DNA of 42,337 nucleotides from a virus: IMG/VR virus record IMGVR_UViG_3300045988_126214. One strand, given 5' to 3'. Positions within the stretch are counted from its first letter, which is position 1; each line of letters starts with the position of its first letter. Position numbers and translations under genes: made by a program. Under the pieces are notes generated by a model that saw nothing but the letters and a program-made list of their open reading frames with translations, was not told the origin of the DNA and ran no database searches. Shown here one piece after another: positions 15,219 to 23,662 of this stretch.

Positions 15219-15701
15219 ATGGGAAGGCCGAGGAAGCCGCTGACAGAGCAGCGGGGAAATCTTACTGTGATCACAATGCAGACCAGGGAAGCAGAAGAAG
15301 ACAGTGTGACTACAGACAAAAATCAACTAAAACGTCCTCCCACCTGGCTGATTGACAATGTGGCCAAGAAAGAGTGGCGCAGGATCGTTAAGGAATTGGA
15401 AAAAATCAATCTGATCGGGAACCTGGACCGTAACAACTTAGGCGGCTACTGTAATGCTTTTGCAAATTATGTTAAGGCTACAGAGATATTGAAAGATCAG
15501 ACCTATTACATTGATCGCGAGACCAGGAATGGCGTTATTGTGGTGAAAAATCCAATGGTTGATATCCAGCGCACATATGCAGAGGAAATGAGAAAATTTG
15601 CTTCCCTGTGTGGACTCACTATTGACGCCAGACTGAAAGCCGCAGCAGTGAAGTCTGATAAGACAAGGGAAGCCATCACAAATAAATTTGGCAACATATG
15701 A
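15219..15701 (+). CDS. terS: Terminase small subunit, P27 family
   Basis: Synteny, plus the P27-type pattern W..I...L......D...L..YC.A...Y..A. Confidence 0.8.
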   Translation: MGRPRKPLTEQRGNLTVITMQTREAEEDSVTTDKNQLKRPPTWLIDNVAKKEWRRIVKELEKINLIGNLDRNNLGGYCNAFANYVKATEILKDQTYYIDRETRNGVIVVKNPMVDIQRTYAEEMRKFASLCGLTIDARLKAAAVKSDKTREAITNKFGNI

Positions 15702-17464
15702 CCATCAAAGAAGAACTGATAGATTACGCCAACCGTTGTCTGGCCGGGGAAGAAATATCAGGAAAGAAACATAAATGGGCCTGTATACGTTTCCTTCAGG
15801 ATTGCAAGAAAGAGGATGCAAAAAATGTACAGGCTAATGTATGGCCTTATCATTGGGATGAAGAGGAAGCGTCAAAAATTGTAGACTGGTTTGCTATGCT
15901 CCGTCACTCAAAAGGTGACCTTGCAGGGCAGCCAATCAGGTTGACGGACTGGCAAAAGTTTAACTTGTGCCAGCTCTACGGATGGCGCGAAGATCTTACC
16001 AGCTATAAAAGGTTCAAGCAGTCTTTTATTGAGGTGGGAAGAAAAAATGCCAAGTCCCAGATGGAAGCAGGTGTGGCCCTCTATGAAATATCGGTGATGG
16101 CCACCAGGAATGAAGAAAATTATGAATATTACACTGCTGGAACAAAGAGGGATCAGTCGAAAATTATTCTGAATGAGGCTAAGCTCATGCTGAATAAATC
16201 TCCGCTGAAACCTCTTTTTAAAATTACCAGGGATGCTGTAATACACAGAAAAACTGGAAGCTTCATAAAGGCATTGTCGAAAGAGGATGGCCAGAATGGA
16301 GATGGAACAAATCCAGCCGGACTGATTCTTGATGAATACCATCAGCACAAGACTACAGAATTTTATGACCTTGGGCTTGGTGCAAATACCAAAGAGCCAT
16401 TGCTGATGATTATTACCACTGCAGGGATGGATCTTACATATCCCTGTTACGTCCAGGAATATCAGTACTGCTCTAAGATCCTGGATCCAGATGTGGATGT
16501 GGAAAATGAGGAGTATCTGGTGGATATCTGCGAAGTGGATCCGGAGGATTACAAGGATGATATCCGAAACCTTGAAGATGAAAACATCTGGAAAAAAGCA
16601 AATCCAATTAGGATGAGCTATAAGAATGGTGCGGATAAGATCCGCACAGCCTGGAGAGTGGCCAAAGAAATACCGGAAAAGATGACGGCATTTCTCACCA
16701 AAATGTTAAATATCTGGGTTCAGGCAAAAGAAAACGGATATATGGACATGGCGAAGTGGAAGGCCTGCCAGGTTGATAAAATCCCTATTGATACTCATGG
16801 AATGAGTGTTTATGTAGGATTTGATATGTCGGCCAAAATAGACCTTACATCTGTTACATTCGTAATTCCCTTTCTATCAGGCGAGTTTGACCAGACTGGA
16901 AAAGAAATTGTGAAATACATATTGTATTCCCACTCTTTTATTCCGAACCGGGAAAAACTGGCCGAAAGAAAGGCAAAAGATAAAGTGGATTATGATGCAT
17001 GGGAAAGGATGGGCTTTATTACAGTGACAGATACTCCGATTGTGGATCAGAATGCAGTAATGCAATATGTTCTGGATACATGTGCAGAAAATGACTGGAA
17101 CATTGAATGCCTGTGCTTCGATCCGGCAAATGCCAGCAAGCTGATGATGGATCTTTCAAACGAAGGATACATAGTGGAGGAAGTTTTCCAGAGCCACAAG
17201 CACTTGAATGAAGCTACTCAGGGATTCCGTGAGCAGGTATATTGTGGAAATATACTGTATGAATACAATCCTGTATTGAACTTTGCAATGAGCAATGCAG
17301 TGATCAAAACCAATCAGGGACTGATTAAGATAGATAAAGATGCTACAACAAAAAGAATTGACCCTGTGGATTCTACCTTGTGTGGATTTAAGCTGGCAAT
17401 GTATCACGAATTCGGATCCAGCTACCAGGAGGGAATAGATCGATTTTTGGAAAGTGACTGGTAA
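15698..17464 (+). CDS. terL: Terminase large subunit
   Basis: 588 aa. Walker-like VGRKNAKS, LILDEYH (Walker B), nuclease half with VGFDMS...D. ATGA overlap with terS. Confidence 0.92.
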   Translation: MTIKEELIDYANRCLAGEEISGKKHKWACIRFLQDCKKEDAKNVQANVWPYHWDEEEASKIVDWFAMLRHSKGDLAGQPIRLTDWQKFNLCQLYGWREDLTSYKRFKQSFIEVGRKNAKSQMEAGVALYEISVMATRNEENYEYYTAGTKRDQSKIILNEAKLMLNKSPLKPLFKITRDAVIHRKTGSFIKALSKEDGQNGDGTNPAGLILDEYHQHKTTEFYDLGLGANTKEPLLMIITTAGMDLTYPCYVQEYQYCSKILDPDVDVENEEYLVDICEVDPEDYKDDIRNLEDENIWKKANPIRMSYKNGADKIRTAWRVAKEIPEKMTAFLTKMLNIWVQAKENGYMDMAKWKACQVDKIPIDTHGMSVYVGFDMSAKIDLTSVTFVIPFLSGEFDQTGKEIVKYILYSHSFIPNREKLAERKAKDKVDYDAWERMGFITVTDTPIVDQNAVMQYVLDTCAENDWNIECLCFDPANASKLMMDLSNEGYIVEEVFQSHKHLNEATQGFREQVYCGNILYEYNPVLNFAMSNAVIKTNQGLIKIDKDATTKRIDPVDSTLCGFKLAMYHEFGSSYQEGIDRFLESDW

Positions 17465-17466
17465 CA

Positions 17467-18720
17467 ATGAGGATATTAGATAGATTAAAAAATGCATGGA
17501 ATGTGCTGACGCGGCCAGCGGTATACATGGATGATGAGCTGAAAGAATGGTTGGGAATAACTGGAACCAATCCGGATGTTGAGAAAGAGGTAACTTATTA
17601 TACCTGTTTGAAAATGCTCAGTGAAACCATGGGAAAAGTTCCGTTAAAGTACTATCAGGAAACGCCTAAAGGCCGAATCAGAGCAGAGCCGACCAAGATA
17701 ACCAGACTTTTGTCTGTGCGGCCAAATACAATAATGACACCGACAACTCTGTGGACCACTATAGAGATGAATTGTCAGCATTATGGAAATGGTTATATCT
17801 GGATGCGTGGTACCTTTGAAAGAGAAAAATATGGAGGACATTATAAAGTTCTGGATCTCTGGCCGATGCAGGCAAATTGTGTGACCGTATACATGGATGA
17901 CGTTGGAGTTTTTGGGGGAAAAGGAAAGCTGTACTATCAGTACAATGATCCAAAGACTGGTGAACAGTATTTATTCAGATCCAGTGAGGTGATGCACTTT
18001 AAAACCTGGTATTCCTTAAATGGAATTATGGGAAAACCTGTGAGGGAAATTCTCCAGGATACCGTAGGAGGTGCATTGGAAAGCCAGAATTTTATGAATA
18101 ACCTTTATCGTCAGGGACTAAGCGCAAGCATGGCTTTGCAGTATGCCGGAGACTTGGAAGAAAGCAAGATAAAAGCGTTGCAGAAAAAATTTGCAGATAA
18201 GCTGTCTGGTCCCAAAAACGCCGGTAGGGTAATACCTGTCCCAATCGGACTACAACTTACTCCATTGAAAATGACACTTACGGATGCACAGTTCTTTGAA
18301 CTGAAGAAGTATTCTGCACTTCAGATCGCCGGAGCATTCGGTATTAAGCCAAATCAGATCAACAATTATGAAAAATCCAGCTATTCAAACAGTGAAACTC
18401 AGCAGCTGGCTTTTTTAGTTGATACTGCTTTGTACAGATTAAAAATGTATGAAGAAGAAATCAATGCCAAGGTACTGAGCTTGAAGGAGGAAGAAGCTGG
18501 ATATTTTTATAAGTTTAATGAAAAAGCGATTTTGAGGACTGATACAAAGACACAGATGGAAATGTTAAAAGATGCTGTGAACAATGGAATATACAGGCCA
18601 AATGAAGCGAGAAGATATCTGGATATGCCAGATGATCCAGACGGCGATAAGCTGATTGTGAATGGAAATTATATTCCGCTTGAAAAAGTTGGAACACAGT
18701 ACACCAAAGGAGGTGAGTAG
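17467..18720 (+). CDS. Portal protein (HK97-type)
   Basis: 417 aa, immediately after terL and before the ClpP protease. Confidence 0.9.
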   Translation: MRILDRLKNAWNVLTRPAVYMDDELKEWLGITGTNPDVEKEVTYYTCLKMLSETMGKVPLKYYQETPKGRIRAEPTKITRLLSVRPNTIMTPTTLWTTIEMNCQHYGNGYIWMRGTFEREKYGGHYKVLDLWPMQANCVTVYMDDVGVFGGKGKLYYQYNDPKTGEQYLFRSSEVMHFKTWYSLNGIMGKPVREILQDTVGGALESQNFMNNLYRQGLSASMALQYAGDLEESKIKALQKKFADKLSGPKNAGRVIPVPIGLQLTPLKMTLTDAQFFELKKYSALQIAGAFGIKPNQINNYEKSSYSNSETQQLAFLVDTALYRLKMYEEEINAKVLSLKEEEAGYFYKFNEKAILRTDTKTQMEMLKDAVNNGIYRPNEARRYLDMPDDPDGDKLIVNGNYIPLEKVGTQYTKGGE

Positions 18721-18721
18721 A

Positions 18722-19540
18722 ATGCCAGTATTACTGCTGAAAAATCAGAAAAAGAATGTGGGAAAGATGGAAATCTGTAATCAGACAGAAATCTCAGCGG
18801 ATTTGAATATTTTTGGAGATATCGTATCTGATGACTGGGGAAAATGGAGTGATGATGATACCTGTCCTTCTGATATTTCAGATTTCCTGAAAAATCTGGA
18901 AGACATACAGGAGATTAACCTTCACATAAACAGTGGAGGTGGATCTGTATTTGCCGGAATTACCATTTATAACATGTTGAAACGCAATAATGCCAGGATT
19001 ACCACCTATATTGATGGTATTGCGGCCAGTATTGCTTCTGTGATTGCATGTGCCGGTGATCGGATTGTGATTCCGGCAAATGGAACCTTTATGATTCATA
19101 AGCCTACAAATGGTTACTTTTTTACCAGTATGAACGCAGATCAGCTGAGAAAAGATGCAGATACTCTGGATATTTGCCAGAAAGCAATCCTGCAGACATA
19201 CATGTCGAAGACCAAAGAAGGGGTTACAGAAGAGGAAATCAATAATCTGATCAACGAAGAGACCTGGATGGTCGGAAGTGATACCACTGATTATTTTGAT
19301 TTTGAAGTGGAGGACAGTGTACAGGCAGCAGCTTGTACAAGTAATTACTTTGATGAGTATTCAAAGACCCCAAAAGCATTAAAGCAGCATGAAGAACCGG
19401 AAAATAAAACTCTGGATATTGACGCTATTGCAGATGCAGTTATGGAAAAAATCAAAGCAAAAGAGGCTAATCAGAGAAATCTGGAAAAAGAAAAGATAAA
19501 GGCTGAATTATTGGGAGATCTTGACCGGTATGGTGTTTGA
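18722..19540 (+). CDS. ClpP-family (S14) head maturation protease
   Basis: INSGGGSVFAGITIYN ... IASVIACAGD ... MIHKP. ATG 18722 follows GGAGGTGAG. Confidence 0.9.
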   Translation: MPVLLLKNQKKNVGKMEICNQTEISADLNIFGDIVSDDWGKWSDDDTCPSDISDFLKNLEDIQEINLHINSGGGSVFAGITIYNMLKRNNARITTYIDGIAASIASVIACAGDRIVIPANGTFMIHKPTNGYFFTSMNADQLRKDADTLDICQKAILQTYMSKTKEGVTEEEINNLINEETWMVGSDTTDYFDFEVEDSVQAAACTSNYFDEYSKTPKALKQHEEPENKTLDIDAIADAVMEKIKAKEANQRNLEKEKIKAELLGDLDRYGV

Positions 19541-19567
19541 TCTCCATTTTTGAAAGGAGAAAAAGAC

Positions 19568-20809
19568 GTGAACAAAGAATTATTAGACCTTCTGGAGAAG
19601 ATTAACGCGAAAAAAGATGAAGTTAAGAACCTTGCCAATGAAGGAAAACTGGAAGAAGCAAAAAAAGCTAAAGATGAACTGAAAGAGCTTCAGGATAAAT
19701 TTGATATTCTGAAAGACTTGGACGATGGAGCAGCCGTGCCGGAGAGTAAGATTCCTGCAGGAACACCAAAAGATTCTACGGCAGAGTTTGCACAGGCTGC
19801 CAGAGCAGGGTTCCACGTACAGAATTCCATGAGTGAAGGCTCAAAAGCAGATGGAGGCTATACTGTTCCAGAGGATATCCAGACCAGAATCAACAAATAC
19901 AAAGAGTCCAAGTTTTCATTAGGCCAGCTGGTCCGTAAAGAATCTGTCAAAACTGAAAAGGGTTCCAGAACATTTAAAAAGCGCTCTCAGCAGACTGGAT
20001 TCACCAAAGTTGGTGAAGGCGGTAAGATTGGTGCAAAAAATACTCCACAGTTTGAGCGTATTGATTATGAAATCGGTAAATATGCAGGGTATTTCCCAGT
20101 GACCAATGAGCTCCTGGCTGACAGTGATGCAAATATCGCTTCTACACTTATTGAGTGGATTGGAGATGAGGCAAGAGTAACTGAGAATAATCTAATCATG
20201 GGTCAGATTAAGACCAAAGAAGAAGTAGAATTAAACGGATTGGATGATATTAAAAAAGTTCTCAATGTTACCCTCGGATCCGCATTTAAGCAGTCTTCCA
20301 GAATCATTACCAATGATGATGGATTACAGTATTTAGATACATTAAAAGATTCTACTGGAAGATACCTTCTTGCACCGGATCCAAAAGATACCATGCAGTT
20401 GCGACTTGCGGTCGGTGGTACATTCGTACCGGTTGAGGTAATCCCAAAAGGGGATTTACCAAGCACAGTGACATATGAGCAAACGGCAGATACTGATGTA
20501 AATGCCAAAAAAACTTATTACACAAAAGTGGAAGAGGTATATACAGCAGTTGATGAGCCGAAAAAACAGGACATTGCAAATTATTATGAGGCCAGTGCGA
20601 CAAAGATTCCGGTTATAATCGGAGATCTGAAGGAAGGTATCTGGTACTTTGACCGTGCAAAGACTACAATCATGACTTCCAATATTGCTTCAATCGGTGA
20701 CCTTAATGCATTCGCGGAAGATCTGACTATTTATCGTGCTATCGAACGAGAAGACGTTAAGATAAGGGATAAAGAGGCATTTGTAAATGCTTATCTTCTG
20801 CAGAAATGA
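19568..20809 (+). CDS. Major capsid protein, HK97 family, with an N-terminal coiled-coil delta domain
   Basis: Position after the protease. N-terminal coiled coil, then GGYTVPEDI. GTG 19568 lies 8 nt after AAAGGAG. Confidence 0.9.
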   Translation: MNKELLDLLEKINAKKDEVKNLANEGKLEEAKKAKDELKELQDKFDILKDLDDGAAVPESKIPAGTPKDSTAEFAQAARAGFHVQNSMSEGSKADGGYTVPEDIQTRINKYKESKFSLGQLVRKESVKTEKGSRTFKKRSQQTGFTKVGEGGKIGAKNTPQFERIDYEIGKYAGYFPVTNELLADSDANIASTLIEWIGDEARVTENNLIMGQIKTKEEVELNGLDDIKKVLNVTLGSAFKQSSRIITNDDGLQYLDTLKDSTGRYLLAPDPKDTMQLRLAVGGTFVPVEVIPKGDLPSTVTYEQTADTDVNAKKTYYTKVEEVYTAVDEPKKQDIANYYEASATKIPVIIGDLKEGIWYFDRAKTTIMTSNIASIGDLNAFAEDLTIYRAIEREDVKIRDKEAFVNAYLLQK

Positions 20810-20819
20810 TGGTGAATAA

Positions 20820-21107
20820 ATGCTGGAAAAAATAAAAAAAAGATGTGGAATTGCAGAAGGAGTTAAAGTGTATAACGAGGATATCAGCGATTACATCGAA
20901 GATGCACTGGAGGACATGAAGACCTCCGGTGTGCCTCCTGATATTCTCAAGAAGGATACGGATGATCCGAGAGTCCTTACAGCTGTGACTTTATATGTAA
21001 AGGCATATCTTGGAAATGACCGCTCAGATACTCGAATGTATCTGGATCTGTACCGAAAAAAAGTTTTTCGCATGACACTGGAAGGAAGTGACCTGGATGT
21101 GGAATAA
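20820..21107 (+). CDS. Head-tail connector protein (gp6-like)
   Basis: Size and synteny. Motif DPRVLTAVTLYVKAYLGND. Confidence 0.7.
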   Translation: MLEKIKKRCGIAEGVKVYNEDISDYIEDALEDMKTSGVPPDILKKDTDDPRVLTAVTLYVKAYLGNDRSDTRMYLDLYRKKVFRMTLEGSDLDVE

Positions 21108-21444
21108 AAGTATTTCGCTGCCGGTAAAGAAAAATGATCCAACGATAAATGATAATGGAATCATGATGGAGGAAACATATGAATTTATCGGTGGTATTCC
21201 GGCAGATTTCCGCGACAGTACCAGGGATGATGAGGTTCTTGCGAAACAGAATGGTTATACCGCAGACCAGGTTGTTGAGATCATGGCGTGTAATTATTCT
21301 GGAGAATCATTCCTGGTGGATGAGTCTACAGGTGAAATTTATGATATAAAGCGCAGATATCAGAAAAATAAATCCATGAAGGTGCAGCTGACTTGTCAGA
21401 TGCGTGAACGTGGAAAAGCGCAGGTAGGACAATGGCAAGGATGA
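21088..21444 (+). CDS. Head closure / head-tail adaptor protein
   Basis: Synteny. Start could be GTG 21088 or ATG 21097. Confidence 0.6.
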   Translation: MTWMWNKSISLPVKKNDPTINDNGIMMEETYEFIGGIPADFRDSTRDDEVLAKQNGYTADQVVEIMACNYSGESFLVDESTGEIYDIKRRYQKNKSMKVQLTCQMRERGKAQVGQWQG

Positions 21445-21866
21445 CGATAACAGGTTTTGAAGATGTTGAAGAGATGTTGAATAAGCTGGCAAATCCTTAT
21501 GAAATGGCTGAAAAAGCAGTGAATAAGGCCGCCCCAATTGTCGAAAAAAACCTGAAAACACAGATCAGATCCGCAGCTAACAGAAGGGATAAATACGGAA
21601 AACCGTATTCAACAGGCGAACTGGAAGCTTCCATAGCTGCTACAAACGCAAGAGACAATAGTCTCGGAGTGTTTGCTGTGGTAAAACCCAATGGAACTGA
21701 TAAAAATGGTCTTAGAAATGCTGAAAAAATGGGTTATCTGGAATATGGTGTAAGATCACACGGCCAGGAGCCAAGACCTGTACGCGCGGCAGCAGTAGCA
21801 CAAAGCGAAAATGCAGTAATGCAGGTTATGGAAGAGGTAATTGGCGCGGAGGTGGACAAGCTATGA
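21432..21866 (+). CDS. HK97 gp10-family tail-component protein
   Basis: Synteny and size. Confidence 0.65.
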   Translation: MARMTITGFEDVEEMLNKLANPYEMAEKAVNKAAPIVEKNLKTQIRSAANRRDKYGKPYSTGELEASIAATNARDNSLGVFAVVKPNGTDKNGLRNAEKMGYLEYGVRSHGQEPRPVRAAAVAQSENAVMQVMEEVIGAEVDKL

Positions 21867-22210
21867 CAATAAATCAAAAGATAATAAAAGCGTTGAAGCC
21901 TCTTGGCATTCCGGTGACATCAGATTTCTTTGGCGGTGGAAATAGCGAGTATATTACCTTTAATTATGTGAAGGATGGTGCAGAACTATTCGCGGACGAT
22001 CAGCCTATAGAGGATATATCCTCAATGCAGATTCATTATTTCCTGCCATCAACTAAGGATTACCTGGAAGCAAAAAGAAAAATTCGCAGGGCGATCCTGG
22101 AAGAGGGTGGAACGTATCCTGATGTAACCGTATTGATGGAACCTGATAATAAAACAAGACACATTGTATTCGAATGTGAATTTGAAAATGATTATGATAT
22201 GGAGGAATAA
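21863..22210 (+). CDS. Tail completion / terminator-like protein
   Basis: Synteny, immediately upstream of the major tail protein. Confidence 0.55.
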   Translation: MTINQKIIKALKPLGIPVTSDFFGGGNSEYITFNYVKDGAELFADDQPIEDISSMQIHYFLPSTKDYLEAKRKIRRAILEEGGTYPDVTVLMEPDNKTRHIVFECEFENDYDMEE

Positions 22211-22213
22211 CAC

Positions 22214-22798
22214 ATGGCACATATTGGTATGAAATATCCAGTTGTAGCAACATGGACAGAGGGAAACAAATATGCAGATGGATTTGTTCTTGCAAAGGCA
22301 ATTAACTTTACAGGAACCCCAAATAAAAATGATGCTGATCTTTGGGCGGACGATGGAATAGCAGAGACTGATAAATCCGTGAAGGACATGGGCACTTCTC
22401 TTGGTGTTGATGATCTGTCTCTGGAAAACCAGGCAAAACTGCTTGGACATACATATGTTAAGGCAGCAGCTGGTAGTTCTGGTGGGGAGGGTACTCCGGA
22501 AAGCATTGAGATTGGAACCGAAGATGAGGCTCCATTCTTTGGAGTTGGATTCTATAAGCGTAGAAAGAAAAACGGAGTTACCAGCTTTACTGTAATTTGG
22601 CTCTACAAAGTTCAGCATAGCGAGCCTACAGAAAATGCTGAGACAAAAGGTGACACCACAAACTTCCAGACTGCTACCATCGAAGGAAAGGCATATCCGG
22701 TAGAAGTCAATGGAAAAATGTCTGTTGGCAAAAAACTTGTATTCAATACTGAAGCTGAGGCTAAGGCATGGCTGAACAAACAGGTAGGTATTGAGTAA
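22214..22798 (+). CDS. Major tail protein (phi13-family-like)
   Basis: Position, plus the N-terminus MAHIGMKYPVVATW. Confidence 0.8.
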   Translation: MAHIGMKYPVVATWTEGNKYADGFVLAKAINFTGTPNKNDADLWADDGIAETDKSVKDMGTSLGVDDLSLENQAKLLGHTYVKAAAGSSGGEGTPESIEIGTEDEAPFFGVGFYKRRKKNGVTSFTVIWLYKVQHSEPTENAETKGDTTNFQTATIEGKAYPVEVNGKMSVGKKLVFNTEAEAKAWLNKQVGIE

Positions 22799-22807
22799 GG
22801 AGATCGT

Positions 22808-23194
22808 ATGAGTGATTTGAGACCAACCGGAGCTCCAGTGACCATCGGTGGACAGGAATACAATATCCTGTTCACCATCGGAGCAATTGAAGCAATTCAG
22901 GAAACCTGTAATAAGGCATTAGTGAATATTATGCCGGCAATTGCGAGAGTGGCGGATTATAAAACCGATTCGGAAGATATAAAAACACTTTATAGTGTTG
23001 TAGCTGCGTTTCTCACTGTAGATACAGGTAAGGAAGTAAAAGTAGAAACCATTGACGGTCTTATAAAACCGGCTGAAATGCAGAAACTTGCTATTACTTT
23101 GCTTGAAGCATATGGCTTTTCAATGCCAAATCCGGATAGTGAGGATTCTGAAGAGGATGAGGAAGAAGACCCAAACCAGAAGACCGGGCTATAA
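22808..23194 (+). CDS. Tail assembly chaperone (gpG-like)
   Basis: Position between the major tail protein and the tape measure. Acidic C-terminus. Confidence 0.8.
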   Translation: MSDLRPTGAPVTIGGQEYNILFTIGAIEAIQETCNKALVNIMPAIARVADYKTDSEDIKTLYSVVAAFLTVDTGKEVKVETIDGLIKPAEMQKLAITLLEAYGFSMPNPDSEDSEEDEEEDPNQKTGL

Positions 23195-23358
23195 ACGTAG
23201 CCCGGTTGCTGTATGTTGGGTGTAAAGTGCTTAATTATAGTGAAAAAGAAGTGTTTGGCATGACATTACGAAAATTTTATTTAATCTATAATGAGTACCT
23301 GGATTATAACGGATTAAGAAAAAAGGACGAAGAGTTAAATTTGGACACCATTTTCTGA
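22808..23358 (+). CDS. Tail assembly chaperone, -1 frameshift product (gpGT-like)
   Basis: Slippery heptamer C_CCA_AAC at 23170-23176. The -1 frame is open for 63 codons, to TGA at 23356-23358. Confidence 0.7.
23170..23206 (+). promoter_or_regulatory. Programmed -1 frameshift signal: CCCAAAC plus a downstream stem-loop
   Basis: The heptamer is followed after 6 nt by the 8-bp stem ACCGGGCT / AGCCCGGT (23183-23190 / 23199-23206). The zero-frame stop lies in the loop. Confidence 0.65.
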
Positions 23359-23386
23359 TTTTCTTTCACAGCTCTGTTAAATGATA

Positions 23387-23415
23387 TTGAATTTTACAGA
23401 GCTGCGGATTATAAT
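23387..23415 (+). promoter_or_regulatory. Moron promoter TTGAAT-17-TATAAT, with the -35 bracketed by a 9-bp inverted repeat
   Basis: TTGAAT at 23387-23392 and TATAAT at 23410-23415. Inverted repeat CAGCTCTGT (23369-23377) / ACAGAGCTG (23396-23404). Confidence 0.6.
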
Positions 23416-23442
23416 TAAGAAAAGCAGAAAGGTGGGTGGCAT

Positions 23443-23580
23443 ATGTTGTTGGTAATATTGTTTGTATTGTTATTATTAGCAATACTGATAGGGGCTCTGA
23501 TAAAGAAATTTATCAAATGGGTTACATCACCGGTGGTGTATAAAACCCACATTGAAGAAGTCCCAATATCCAAGAAATAA
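23443..23580 (+). CDS. 45-aa single-pass membrane protein (moron gene), below the ORF-track cutoff
   Basis: RBS GAAAGGTGGGTGG. Translation MLLVILFVLLLLAILIGALIKKFIKWVTSPVVYKTHIEEVPISKK. Confidence 0.6.
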   Translation: MLLVILFVLLLLAILIGALIKKFIKWVTSPVVYKTHIEEVPISKK

Positions 23581-23600
23581 GTATAAATAAAAATCCATGT

Positions 23601-23633
23601 AAAAAGAGCATCTCAGTTTGAGGTGCTCTTTTT
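23601..23633 (+). terminator. Strong rho-independent terminator immediately upstream of the tape measure gene
   Basis: 11-bp stem AGAGCATCTCA / TGAGGTGCTCT, loop GTT, T-run. An A-tract upstream makes it potentially bidirectional. Confidence 0.75.
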
Positions 23634-23662
23634 ATGTGGATTTTTTGTTGGGAGGACTAACT

